A DNA stretch of 64,000 nucleotides from Acidobacteriota bacterium (lineage in GTDB: Bacteria; Acidobacteriota; UBA890; WLXD01): assembly GCA_965248695.1 (NCBI GenBank), contig CBDFKD010000002.1, positions 2,304,001-2,368,000 on the forward strand, written 5' to 3'. A program made the position numbers and the translations under genes. The notes under the pieces are model-generated. The model saw nothing but the letters and a program-made list of their open reading frames with translations, ran no database searches and had not been told where the DNA came from. Below, in pieces: positions 45,474 to 55,334 of this stretch. Positions within the stretch are counted from its first letter, which is position 1. The number at the start of each line of letters is the position of its first letter.

Positions 45474-46760
45474 ATGCGCCGAGTGGAGAGCCTTGCCCAC
45501 GCCCTAGCCACATTGCCCACGCTTTTCTGTGTTGTGGCGATCCTGATGACCGCCTGCGCCGCTCCCGAACCCGGCCCTGGCGCGGCCACGACCGCGTTCG
45601 AGGGAGCGCGACTGATCCTCGGAAACGGCACGGTGATCGAGGATGCGGTGTTCCTTGTAGAGGCCGACCGCTTCACCGCAGTCGGCTCGCCGGCCGACAT
45701 CGAGATTCCCGCAGGCGCAGCTCGTGTCGATCTCGGCGGCAGCACCGTCATGCCGGCGATCGTCAACGCTCACATCCACCTGGCGACCGACCGATCCGAA
45801 CGCACCTCCCAGCTGCAGCACATGGCGTACTACGGAGCCGGCGCCGTCGTCAGCCTCGGCCACGACGACGGTGACGTGCCGTTCCAGATGCGCGACGAGA
45901 TCGTTCCCGACGGTGCCCGGTCGCGTACCGCGGGGCGGGGCATCACGGCGCCGGAGCCCGGACGGTCGGAAGTCCCCTTCTGGGTTGCGAGCGAGGAGGA
46001 GGCGCGCGCCGCCGTACAGGAGCTCGCGGGTCGAGAAGTGGACATCGTCAAGATCTGGGTCGATGATCGCGGCGGCCAATACGACAAGCTCTCACCCGAG
46101 CTCTACGGCGCCGTCATCGACGAGGCTCACGAGCACGGCTTGATGGTCACCGTTCACGTCTTCTATCTCGACGACGCCAAGGGCCTACTCCGCGCCGGCA
46201 TCGACGCCTTTGCGCACGGCGTTCGTGATCTGGATGTCGACGACGAGCTAGTGGCGCTGTGGACCGAGCGCCCGAACGTCGTGCTGGTACCCAATCTCCC
46301 AGGCCCCGGCGTGGCGCTCGATCTCGGGTGGCTGAGCGGAACGGTGCCGGCCGCCGACCTGCAGCAAATGCAGGAAGCATCTACCGATCGCCCGGCAGCC
46401 CAGGAGGCCTTCGGAATACAGGCCCGGAGCCTGGCGCGGCTCAGCGAAGCAGGCGTGAAGATCGCCTTCGGCACCGACGGCAGCGCCGCATGGGCGGTGC
46501 ATCAGGAAATGGAGGACATGGTGCGGTCGGGCATGTCACCGGACGACGTCATCGTCGCCGCCACCGCGACCTCCGCTGAGCTGATGGGGTGGGAGGATCT
46601 CGGGACGGTGGCAGCCGGCAAGAGCGCCGACTTCATCGTCCTGGATGCGAATCCCCTGGAGGACATCACCAACACCCGTCGAATCACGTCGGTCTACCTG
46701 CGCGGCGCCGAGATCGATCGGCAGGCGATCAGCGCCCGTCTCCGAGGCGAGACACCATAG
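45474..46760 (+). CDS. Amidohydrolase family lipoprotein
   Basis: MPAIVNAHIH, AFGTDG, GKSADFIVLDANPL. Confidence 0.88.
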   Translation: MRRVESLAHALATLPTLFCVVAILMTACAAPEPGPGAATTAFEGARLILGNGTVIEDAVFLVEADRFTAVGSPADIEIPAGAARVDLGGSTVMPAIVNAHIHLATDRSERTSQLQHMAYYGAGAVVSLGHDDGDVPFQMRDEIVPDGARSRTAGRGITAPEPGRSEVPFWVASEEEARAAVQELAGREVDIVKIWVDDRGGQYDKLSPELYGAVIDEAHEHGLMVTVHVFYLDDAKGLLRAGIDAFAHGVRDLDVDDELVALWTERPNVVLVPNLPGPGVALDLGWLSGTVPAADLQQMQEASTDRPAAQEAFGIQARSLARLSEAGVKIAFGTDGSAAWAVHQEMEDMVRSGMSPDDVIVAATATSAELMGWEDLGTVAAGKSADFIVLDANPLEDITNTRRITSVYLRGAEIDRQAISARLRGETP

Positions 46761-46829
46761 AGTTCGGGCCGTCGACGCGGACCATCGGGTACGCGTCGGC
46801 GGCTTCCGCTTCGTCGCGGCCTGATAGGC

Positions 46830-47186
46830 CTAGCAGACCGCCAGCTCGCCCCAGACCGCCAGCTCGTTGCCGCTGGGATCGGCAAAGTGGAAACGACGGC
46901 CGCCGGGGAACTCGAAGATCTCTTTGACCACGCGGCCGCCGGCGCGCTCGACCGCCGCGACGCTCGCCTCCAGATCGCCCGAATAGAGTACGACCAGCGC
47001 GCCTCCGGGTCTCACGTCCTCGCTCTGTGCGAGCCCTCCCACCTCACCGGACCCACCTTTGATCCCCGCGTAGGTCGGCCCATAGTCGTTGAACTCCCAC
47101 CCGAAAGCGTCGGCATAGAAGCGCTTCGCCTCGGTGACGTCGGTGACTCCGAGCTCGATGTAGTCGATCGTGTGATGAGTGTGCAT
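46830..47186 (-). CDS. VOC family protein
   Basis: IDYIEL, FPGGRRFHFADPSGNELAVW. Confidence 0.9.
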   Translation of the reverse strand: MHTHHTIDYIELGVTDVTEAKRFYADAFGWEFNDYGPTYAGIKGGSGEVGGLAQSEDVRPGGALVVLYSGDLEASVAAVERAGGRVVKEIFEFPGGRRFHFADPSGNELAVWGELAVC

Positions 47187-47269
47187 GTCGTTATCGTCTC
47201 TCGTGCCGGTTTGCGCATCGGGCACAGACAGTCGGCTTCTGCCCGCGCCGCGCTGCCGCGTGCGGAGGA

Positions 47270-48337
47270 CTATAGCGACGCGGCAAAGCTCCTGATGTCG
47301 TGCACGGTGGATAGGTACACCTCAGGCATCTCTGCGCGGAACATGCAATCGCCGCCGTGGCACGTCCCGTTCACGGTTCGGCTGACGGTCGGCACACCGG
47401 CGGCGAGCAGCTTCTGGTAGTAGATCAGGCCCTCGTCGCGCAGCGGGTCGAGCTCGTTCACCGAGATCACGTGGGGCGGCAGACCTTCGAGATCGCTCCC
47501 CGATGCGTGATACGGCCAGGCGAGCGGGTTGGTGACGTTGGTGCGGTCCGGGTCGTACAGCCCGGCAAGCGCTCCCATCTGCGAGACATTGAAGAAGTAG
47601 CGATCGTTCTCGACCAGCGACCGTAGCTCGGCCGGCGGATCAGCGTAGAGGTTCGAGACATAGGGGCACTGCGCGTATACCCCGTCGAGCTGATCCAGCG
47701 TGCCGTCGCGCTTGGCTTTCAGCGCGATGGCCAGCGACAGATTGCCACCGCCGGACTCACCTGAGGCGACAATCGCCGAGACCCCGAGCTCCTCCCGGTT
47801 CCCGTGCAACCAACTCAATGCCGAGGCGCAGTCGTTCAGCCCGGCGGGAAACGGGTGATCACCGAGCACGCCGGCGGCATTGCGGAACTCGACGCCCACG
47901 ACCACCATGCCGGTGGCCGCCAGCTCGTCGCGCCAGCGCACGTAGTTGGAACCGGCGGCACGGAGAATCGCCATGCCGCCCCCATGAATGTGGAGCACGG
48001 CTGGCACGGGTCCGTCGACCGAGTCGGGCACGTGCACATAGAGCGGGATGTCGTTGCCGTCCACACCCTTGATGGTCTCGGTGCGCGACGTGACGCGTTG
48101 AACCGGCGTCAGTCCGGCGCAGATCGTGTCGAAGATCTGCTCGTAAGCGGGCTCGGCAACGCGAGCAAACTCGAGCACGGCTCCGTGCGGCGTAGTGGCA
48201 TCGATGCCGGCGGGCTCCGGAGCCCCGTCGAGGCCGACCGCACGCAGAGCAACCACCATACGAGGGTCGGCGCGGGGATCCGTGTTCAACAGGCTGGTCG
48301 GGTCGCCCAATCGACCGGGCAGGTTCGGCATGGCCAC
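47270..48337 (-). CDS. HSL-family alpha/beta hydrolase
   Basis: HGGG, GESGGG, DPLRDEG. Confidence 0.92.
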   Translation of the reverse strand: MAMPNLPGRLGDPTSLLNTDPRADPRMVVALRAVGLDGAPEPAGIDATTPHGAVLEFARVAEPAYEQIFDTICAGLTPVQRVTSRTETIKGVDGNDIPLYVHVPDSVDGPVPAVLHIHGGGMAILRAAGSNYVRWRDELAATGMVVVGVEFRNAAGVLGDHPFPAGLNDCASALSWLHGNREELGVSAIVASGESGGGNLSLAIALKAKRDGTLDQLDGVYAQCPYVSNLYADPPAELRSLVENDRYFFNVSQMGALAGLYDPDRTNVTNPLAWPYHASGSDLEGLPPHVISVNELDPLRDEGLIYYQKLLAAGVPTVSRTVNGTCHGGDCMFRAEMPEVYLSTVHDIRSFAASL

Positions 48338-48529
48338 GAGTGGCGTTCTCCTCGTATCAAGACCTCAGCAGTCAAGGTCGTGAAGACTATCGTCCGCGCG
48401 GGAGATCCAACAGAGGCCAGTCGGTAGAGTGTTCATCGGCATCGACGAACAGGCGCGACACGCGACCGGGTGCGAACGATGATCCAGGCAGCGGGTCCTC
48501 CGAACCGCTGGGCCGCGTCGGCGGCACGG

Positions 48530-50188
48530 CTAATCAGGCAGCCCGAAGGTCACTAGAGCGTTTCCGGAAATCACCGAGACGTACTGCTTCCCCTCGACCA
48601 TGAACGTCACGGGAGCCATGACGATCTGCCCGCCGAGGCTCGCCTTCCAGAGCAACTCGCCGCTGTCAGCGTCGAACGCGTGGAAGTGGCCCTCACGGCC
48701 ACCGGTGAACAGCAAGTCCGAAGCCGTGGTCAGCATGCCGCTGTCGCTGACGTCGAACTGGTCGAAACTCCAGCGCGCCTCACCGGTCAACGGGTCGATG
48801 GCGATCACCGCACCGTGTCCGACCTCGTCCGTCCAGTTGTTGATCGGCGAGGTGCGTCCGATACCGATGGTCGGCGCACCGGGCGTCGGCGCCAGCACCC
48901 TGAAGCCACCGCCAAGGTAGGGTCGGCCGGGCTCGTACTCGGAGAACTCCTTGCGATAGATCGTCGCATAATCTTGCCAGGCGGCGAAGTAGAACAGCCC
49001 CGTCCGCGGGCTGTAGGACGGCGGATACCAGTTGGTGCCTCCCTGGTTCCCCGGCCAGGTGGGGGCGCCCTCCGGCTGCGGCGTCGGGATCGGTCGTCCG
49101 TTCGCGTCGAGACCGCTCGACCAGTTCACCTTGACGAACGGCTTCCCGAGCAGGAACTCGCCGTTGGCACGATCGAGCACGTAGAAGTACCCGTTGCGGT
49201 TCGCCCATAGCATCAGTTTCCGCCGCTCCCCCCTCCAGTCCATGTCGGCGAGCACGGGGACTTGAACCGAGTCGTAGTCATAGCCGTCGTTGGGGGTGAA
49301 CTGGAAGTGCCACCTCAGCTCACCGGTGTCGGCATCGAGTGCCACGACAGTGTCCGAGAACAGGTTGTCGCCCGGACGCTGGTCCGCGTTCCAGTCGGGC
49401 CCCGGGTTCCCCACTCCCCAGTACGTCAGGTTGAGCTCGGGGTCGTACGAGCCGGTGACCCACACGGACGCGCCACCGTGTTCCCAGTCGTCACCCTCCC
49501 AGGTCTCGTGGCCCGGCTCACCTGGGCCAGGAATGGTGTAGAAGCGCCAGGCCTCCTTTCCGGTATCGGCGTCGTACGCCGCGATGTAGCCGCGAATCCC
49601 GAACTCACCGCCACCGACGCCGACGATGACTTTGTCCTTCACCGCCAGCGGCGCCATGGTGATCGAGTAGGCAAGGTTCACGTCGCCGACTTTCGTCTTC
49701 CAGAGCGGTTGTCCGTTAATCGCGTCGACAGCGATCAGGTGCGCGTCCAGTGTGCCCATGAACAGCTTGTCGTCGAGCACCGCCACGCCGCGGTTGTTGG
49801 CGCCGCAGCAAACGGTGGCGTTGGCGGCGTTTGTGTAGCGGTACATCCAGAAGACGCGGCCAGTGACGGAGTCTAAGGCCATGACGTCGTTGGGCCGCTC
49901 GGTCAGGTACATGATTCCGTCGACCACGATGGGGTTCGACTGCCAGGCTCCGAAGACCTGGTTCTGGAGCATCCACTTCAGCTCCAGATGATCCACGTTT
50001 GAGGTCGTGATCTGGTCGAGGCGGCTGTGGCGCTGACTCGAGTACGTGCCGTTGTAGGTGAGCCAGTTCTCCGGCTCGTCAGCCGACCTCACGATGCGCT
50101 CGTACGGCACCTGCGCCAGCAGCGCACGCGGCGTCGCCAGCGCAGCGAGGATGATCCCTGCGACGGTGATCGACCCGGCCATTCTCAT
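48530..50188 (-). CDS. PQQ-dependent dehydrogenase, methanol/ethanol family
   Basis: Vicinal CC (VCCGANNRG), GGGEFGIRG, YWGVGNP, NDGYDYD, NRNG. Confidence 0.92.
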   Translation of the reverse strand: MRMAGSITVAGIILAALATPRALLAQVPYERIVRSADEPENWLTYNGTYSSQRHSRLDQITTSNVDHLELKWMLQNQVFGAWQSNPIVVDGIMYLTERPNDVMALDSVTGRVFWMYRYTNAANATVCCGANNRGVAVLDDKLFMGTLDAHLIAVDAINGQPLWKTKVGDVNLAYSITMAPLAVKDKVIVGVGGGEFGIRGYIAAYDADTGKEAWRFYTIPGPGEPGHETWEGDDWEHGGASVWVTGSYDPELNLTYWGVGNPGPDWNADQRPGDNLFSDTVVALDADTGELRWHFQFTPNDGYDYDSVQVPVLADMDWRGERRKLMLWANRNGYFYVLDRANGEFLLGKPFVKVNWSSGLDANGRPIPTPQPEGAPTWPGNQGGTNWYPPSYSPRTGLFYFAAWQDYATIYRKEFSEYEPGRPYLGGGFRVLAPTPGAPTIGIGRTSPINNWTDEVGHGAVIAIDPLTGEARWSFDQFDVSDSGMLTTASDLLFTGGREGHFHAFDADSGELLWKASLGGQIVMAPVTFMVEGKQYVSVISGNALVTFGLPD

Positions 50189-50973
50189 TCGAGGCCTCGC
50201 AACGTAAGTAGGTAGCCGATGAGGTTCGCCACGTCGTCGCTCGGGAGTGTGATCGGCTCCATCGTGGATGTTCGACTCACCTCGTAGTCGGCCAGGTCGG
50301 CCTTCATGAGAGAACGCAGCCGCCCCTCCGAATCGATCAACTGCACCGTGTAGGTATCCTCGTTCAGCCGCCTGCCGCTGATGATCTCGTCATCATGCGT
50401 GAGGGCTCGAATCGGTCGGTTGATCGGCAACATGGCGGCATCGGGGTCGAGCAGGGTCCGCTGCAGCGCCGCGGGCGAGCGAATGGCGCCGATGTCGCTC
50501 AGGTCAGGCGCCGTCCGAGGTCCCCTTCCGTTGACACGGTGGCACGATGCGCAAGCGCCTGCTGCTTCGAAGAGCGCCTGCCCGCGCCTCGCGTCACCGA
50601 CCTTGACCGCGGTTCCTTCAGGATCGAACCCGGCCCGGATGAACGCCACGAGCGCGTCGAGCTCGGCCGGTTGAAACTCGAAGCCAGGCATCCGCGCCTC
50701 GGCCAGGCCTGTGGTGATCAGCTGGCGGAGACCAAAGTCTGACAGCGGCTGGCGGAACTGCCCCAGCCTCAGGTTCACGCCGTCCACCAGGTCACCGGAC
50801 GGCCCATGGCACAGCGCGCATTCCGCCGCGTAGAGCCGCGAGCCCGCCTCGATATCGGCGCTGGTGTACTGATGATCTCCAAGCCCCTGGGCAACGCTCC
50901 CCTCGGGCACGGCAAGCAGCAAGAAAACGCACAGCCCCAGCTGCGTTGGTCGACTAGACGAGCCTGCGGTCAT
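50185..50973 (-). CDS. Di-haem c-type cytochrome
   Basis: CALCH and CASCH; ATGA overlap with the PQQ enzyme gene. Confidence 0.88.
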   Translation of the reverse strand: MTAGSSSRPTQLGLCVFLLLAVPEGSVAQGLGDHQYTSADIEAGSRLYAAECALCHGPSGDLVDGVNLRLGQFRQPLSDFGLRQLITTGLAEARMPGFEFQPAELDALVAFIRAGFDPEGTAVKVGDARRGQALFEAAGACASCHRVNGRGPRTAPDLSDIGAIRSPAALQRTLLDPDAAMLPINRPIRALTHDDEIISGRRLNEDTYTVQLIDSEGRLRSLMKADLADYEVSRTSTMEPITLPSDDVANLIGYLLTLRGLE

Positions 50974-51012
50974 CTCACAACGGCCATTGTCTCGGACTGC
51001 AGTCCGCCTGCT

Positions 51013-51426
51013 TCAATCGGCCCCGAACACACGATGCGCAATCCACATGCCTCCCACCATGGCGGGCACGAACACCACGGCCTCGATTCGTGCCGCACCC
51101 AGATTCGCAAGTGCCGGCCCGGGACAGAAACCCGCAAGTCCCCAGCCAACACCGAACAACACCGCTCCGATCGCCAACCGCGCATCGAGCTCTCGGCTCG
51201 GCCTTCCGGGCCTGACACCGCCGAGGATCGGTTCGGCTCGCTTCTGTAATAACAGATTCCAGAGCGCAAACGCCGCCAGGCCACCGCCCATCACGAATAT
51301 GAGGCTCGGATCCCAGTCTGCGGTCAGGTCGAGGAACCCGATCACTTTCGCGGGGTTGGTCATACCCGAGATCGCGAGACCGACACCGAACATCGCACCG
51401 GGGAGAAGAAAGACGAGCGCGCGCAA
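51013..51426 (-). CDS. YeeE/YedE-family sulfur-compound transporter half
   Basis: SGMTNPAKVIGFLD, FGVGWGLAGFCPGP. Confidence 0.88.
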   Translation of the reverse strand: MRALVFLLPGAMFGVGLAISGMTNPAKVIGFLDLTADWDPSLIFVMGGGLAAFALWNLLLQKRAEPILGGVRPGRPSRELDARLAIGAVLFGVGWGLAGFCPGPALANLGAARIEAVVFVPAMVGGMWIAHRVFGAD

Positions 51427-51436
51427 TCAGTTTCTC

Positions 51437-51862
51437 CTAGAACACGTGCCTTGTGAGGTACACCGTTACGAACGCGGTTCCCATGAACACGAGCGTTGCC
51501 ACGATCGAGCGCAGCGAGCCGAGACCGATGCCACAGATACCGTGTCCGCTGGTGCATCCGCCGCCGACACGAGTACCGACTCCGACCAGGAGTCCGGCAA
51601 CCCCGACGACGGCAAGCGACGGCGCCATGCCGAAAGCAGCGGTGTCCGGGATCAGCCGCGTTGCTAGTGCCGCACCACCGATCAGCCCAGCCAGGAACAA
51701 ACTCCGCCACGCGGTATCACCGGGCTCACCGCGGAGAATCCGCGAGCAGATGCCGCTGATGCCAGGGATCTTGCCATTCAGCGCCAGGGACCAGGCGCTG
51801 GCGGTGCCGATCAGCACTCCACCGAGCAACGCGGTCCAAGGGGTGAAGTCGGTGATGGTCAT
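51437..51862 (-). CDS. YeeE/YedE-family sulfur-compound transporter half
   Basis: GKIPGISG, GGGCTSGHGICG. Confidence 0.88.
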   Translation of the reverse strand: MTITDFTPWTALLGGVLIGTASAWSLALNGKIPGISGICSRILRGEPGDTAWRSLFLAGLIGGAALATRLIPDTAAFGMAPSLAVVGVAGLLVGVGTRVGGGCTSGHGICGIGLGSLRSIVATLVFMGTAFVTVYLTRHVF

Positions 51863-52024
51863 CGGGCAACCAGGAGCGGCGGGAACTGTCCGTTAGCGCC
51901 GCTGCAGGGTACCGCCACAGCGCCCGAGATCCAACGAGGGCTCCCGACGCATACACTGCCGTTGCGGTCGGTGCTGCGGCGCTCCGCTGCTTGCGGCGAT
52001 CTCGCGCCAGACGAGGGGGAACCT

Positions 52025-52609
52025 ATGCGAGCCCAACCATGGAGAGTGCTGTCCGTTGCGCTCGTCGCGAGCGCACTCATCCCCACGTTCATGGCCGGAG
52101 GCGCCTCGATGGCACAATCGCCGGAGCCGTTCGTTCCATCGGACTTCGAAGTTCCAGAGCTGCTCGAGACGGCACAGCTGAGGCTTCAACCGCTGACGGT
52201 CAACGATGTCGTGAGGGACTACGACGCCGTGATGAGCAGCCGAGAACACCTGAGAGGCGTGTTCGGCCCCGACGACACCTGGCCCGAAGACGATCTCACG
52301 CTCGAGCAGGACCTCATCGATCTCGGCTGGCACCAGAAGGAGTTCCAGCGGCGCGGCTCGTTCACGTACACGGTTCTCGACCCCAGCGGGCGCGAATGCC
52401 TGGGTTGCGTCTATATCTATCCGACGTCAGCGCGTGGCTACGATGCCCAGGTCGTGCTCTGGGTGCGCCAGAGCGCCTACGAGCAAGGGCTGGATCCGGT
52501 GCTCTACGACACCGTGCGGACGTGGCTGTCGGACGAGTGGCCCTTCGAGAACGTCGCCTACCAGGGGCGCGCGATCAGCTGGGACGAGTGGGCGGAGCTC
52601 ACTGAGTAG
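52025..52609 (+). CDS. GNAT-like protein with signal peptide
   Basis: DYDAVMSS, DLGWHQKEF, LGCVYIYP. Confidence 0.75.
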   Translation: MRAQPWRVLSVALVASALIPTFMAGGASMAQSPEPFVPSDFEVPELLETAQLRLQPLTVNDVVRDYDAVMSSREHLRGVFGPDDTWPEDDLTLEQDLIDLGWHQKEFQRRGSFTYTVLDPSGRECLGCVYIYPTSARGYDAQVVLWVRQSAYEQGLDPVLYDTVRTWLSDEWPFENVAYQGRAISWDEWAELTE

Positions 52610-52652
52610 CGCGACCCGTCAGTCGGGGGCCAGTCCGGCCAGCCGGAATCGC

Positions 52653-54584
52653 TCAACGCAGAGTCGTCGCAATGCCCCTCAGGGTGTCGGCCAGCGACTG
52701 CAGGCGCGGCCCGTCATGGTAAACGGCCTCCTCGGAATCAGCCTCGAGTCCAGTGGCCAGCGCTTCGAGCTCGGCGACGGCGGCCTCGGCCTCGCCTCCG
52801 GCGGAGCGCGGTTGGTCGGCGCGGCTGAGAGCCTGGTTGACGGCGGCGAGGCGCTCCGCCCCGATGCCGTGGCTGCGCTCGAGCTGATCGAGGTAGGCAC
52901 GCGCCAGCATCGTGCTCGGCGGCCAGCCGAACCGCTGTTGGTGCTGCACGTTGGTTTCTTCTGCCAGGACCATGCCGGCGGCGTCGATCTCGTTCTGCGA
53001 TAGGTGCTCGCTCGGGGTAAGCCGGAAGACGTCGAGCCCGCGGGCGATCTCTGCGCCGTAGATGTGGCCGTTGTACCAGTAGGCTGACCAGTAGCCGCCC
53101 GAGATGAGATCCTCCGCGTCGACCGGACCGCGGTCGAAGAACGCGATCTCGACCGGGTTCGCCGAGTCGGTGAAATCGAACACCGAGAGACCGCCCTGGT
53201 ACCAGCCCTGCACCATGATGTCGCGTCCGGGGACCGGAATGAGCGAGCCGTTGTGGGCGACGCAGTTCTCCTGCTCCGTCTGCGGCGCCGGTAGCTTGTA
53301 GTACCCGCGGAACCTCATCTCACGATCGACGATGTCGAAGATCGCGTTCGCCCCCCAGGTGGGCGGGTCGATCGCCCGGCAGCGCGGACGGGACCCACCG
53401 CCCCACTCGTCGGTAAAGATGATCTTGCTGCCGTCGTTGTTGAACGTCGCCGAGTGCCAGAACGCGAAGCTCTGATCGACCACCTGATCGAGCCGCACGG
53501 GATTCACCGGGTCGGAGATGTCGAGCAGGATGCCGTTGCCCGAACACGCCCCCGCGGCCAGGCCGATCTCCGGGTAAGTGGTGATGTCGTGACACTGCCG
53601 GGTCTCGCGTGAGCTCTGCGTACCGCGGCCGTGGTCGCCACCCTGCCAAAGCCCCGAGACGGTACCGGTCTCCGGGTCGGCGAAGATGCGTGGCCGGTTG
53701 ACGATACGAGCCCGTTCCGGCGCATCGAGCCGCACCTGAATGACGTCAATGCTGAACAATGCCGTGTCGGGATCGTTGGCCGGATCGTTCGCCGGATCGT
53801 CCTCGTTTTCGGGGTCCGGCCCCGAACAGCCAGCGAGCTCCTCGCCCGATCGCACCGAGCCGGTGCCCGACCCATACACATAGATGTTGTCGGCGTCGTC
53901 GGGATCCACCACCAGCGTGTGCGTGTGCGACCCACGGCAGGTTTGTACCGCGGCCACCTGAAGCGGGTTTCTCAGATCGCTGATCTCGAATATGCGCACG
54001 CCACGGAAGCGCTCAGCGCTGACCGGATCCTCGACTCCCTGGGTGCCGCAGTCGAGCCGAGCGCGCGTGTCCTGCACGGACATGAAGAGCAGGTTGCCAT
54101 ACACTGACACATCCCCCTGGCCGCCGGGGCACACGATCGAAGCGAGGAGCTCGGCCTCCGCCGCGTCCTCAATGCTGTAGATGTTGAAGCCGTGGTAACT
54201 GCCCATGAACAAGTGCTCACCACTGAATGCCAGATCGGTGTTCGAAAAGCTCAGACCACTTCCCGGCCGCGGTGGCGGCGCGGCGGCGGCTTGCTCCTGC
54301 CCGGGCGCCTCGCCTTCAACGTCGGCGGCCGGCGGTGCGGGCGCTTCTCTCGGCGGCCTCGGGCGGCCGGCCGGAGCCTCAGGGTCGTAGAAGCCCTGCG
54401 GCTTCTCCAGGCTGGTGACCAGCTCCATATTGCGCGCCGCCACGCCGGCATCGCGGAAACCAGGCTTCAGACCGACGCGTGGATCCGTCTGGGCGTCGGC
54501 GGACGGGGATTGCTGGGAGACCGGCGCTCCGAGCAGAGGCATGGCGACGGACAGACATAGAACGGTTGCGGGAAGAAGCTTCAT
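52653..54584 (-). CDS. Secreted LVIVD-repeat-like protein
   Basis: CPGGQGDVS, GSHTHT, CHDIT, WHSATF, NCVAHNG; coupled to DUF305 gene. Confidence 0.82.
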   Translation of the reverse strand: MKLLPATVLCLSVAMPLLGAPVSQQSPSADAQTDPRVGLKPGFRDAGVAARNMELVTSLEKPQGFYDPEAPAGRPRPPREAPAPPAADVEGEAPGQEQAAAAPPPRPGSGLSFSNTDLAFSGEHLFMGSYHGFNIYSIEDAAEAELLASIVCPGGQGDVSVYGNLLFMSVQDTRARLDCGTQGVEDPVSAERFRGVRIFEISDLRNPLQVAAVQTCRGSHTHTLVVDPDDADNIYVYGSGTGSVRSGEELAGCSGPDPENEDDPANDPANDPDTALFSIDVIQVRLDAPERARIVNRPRIFADPETGTVSGLWQGGDHGRGTQSSRETRQCHDITTYPEIGLAAGACSGNGILLDISDPVNPVRLDQVVDQSFAFWHSATFNNDGSKIIFTDEWGGGSRPRCRAIDPPTWGANAIFDIVDREMRFRGYYKLPAPQTEQENCVAHNGSLIPVPGRDIMVQGWYQGGLSVFDFTDSANPVEIAFFDRGPVDAEDLISGGYWSAYWYNGHIYGAEIARGLDVFRLTPSEHLSQNEIDAAGMVLAEETNVQHQQRFGWPPSTMLARAYLDQLERSHGIGAERLAAVNQALSRADQPRSAGGEAEAAVAELEALATGLEADSEEAVYHDGPRLQSLADTLRGIATTLR

Positions 54585-55249
54585 CGGTGTTGCTCCTTGA
54601 GCATGGCGTTGAGCATGGCTCCCATACGGTCCATTTCCGCACGCTGGTCGGCCACCACGTCGGCGGCGAAAGCGGCGATGGTCGACTCCTGGCCAGCGCT
54701 CCGGGTGGAAAGAAGCTCGTCGACCATGATCAGCGCACCTTCGTGGTGCTGAATCATGAATTCGAGAAACAGCCGGTCGAACGTCGTCCCCCGCCCCTCG
54801 GCGAGGCGGCCCATTTGCTCGGCCGTGAGTATTCCGGGCATCAACGTGGCGCCGGGCTCGTGGTGGCGGTGCAGGCTCGGGACAGGCTCACCGCGCACCT
54901 CCAGCCAGCGCTCCATCATGTTGATCTCGTCCTGCTGAGACAGCTCGATTCGCAGGGCAAGGATCGGTATGTCCTCCCGACTAGTACGCGCCGGCACCAG
55001 CTCGGTCATGTCCAGGGCTTGGGAATGATGGCCAATCATTCCCTGCATGAATTGCACGTCCGCCGGCGTGTGCTGGACCCTCGACAGATCGACGGCAGCA
55101 TCGGCTCCGATCACGCGGCTCGGTGCGCCGGGCGCGCCGGGCTGCACGATCGGCGGCGGACCGGTTTCCTTGGTCGCCGTGCGGCACGACGGCATGCTGA
55201 CGATCGCAAGCAACAAGACAGGGACCAGCGGGGTGGATGCGGTTCTCAC
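54581..55249 (-). CDS. DUF305 lipoprotein
   Basis: FMQGMIGHHSQA and FMIQHHEGA motifs. Confidence 0.88.
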   Translation of the reverse strand: MRTASTPLVPVLLLAIVSMPSCRTATKETGPPPIVQPGAPGAPSRVIGADAAVDLSRVQHTPADVQFMQGMIGHHSQALDMTELVPARTSREDIPILALRIELSQQDEINMMERWLEVRGEPVPSLHRHHEPGATLMPGILTAEQMGRLAEGRGTTFDRLFLEFMIQHHEGALIMVDELLSTRSAGQESTIAAFAADVVADQRAEMDRMGAMLNAMLKEQHR

Positions 55250-55334
55250 GATGCGGAATCGTACACTCTACGCACGACAGCGCATTTGAGATTCTTCGAT
55301 CCTCTGCTTCTTGCCCGCAGCTGACGAGGCCAGC

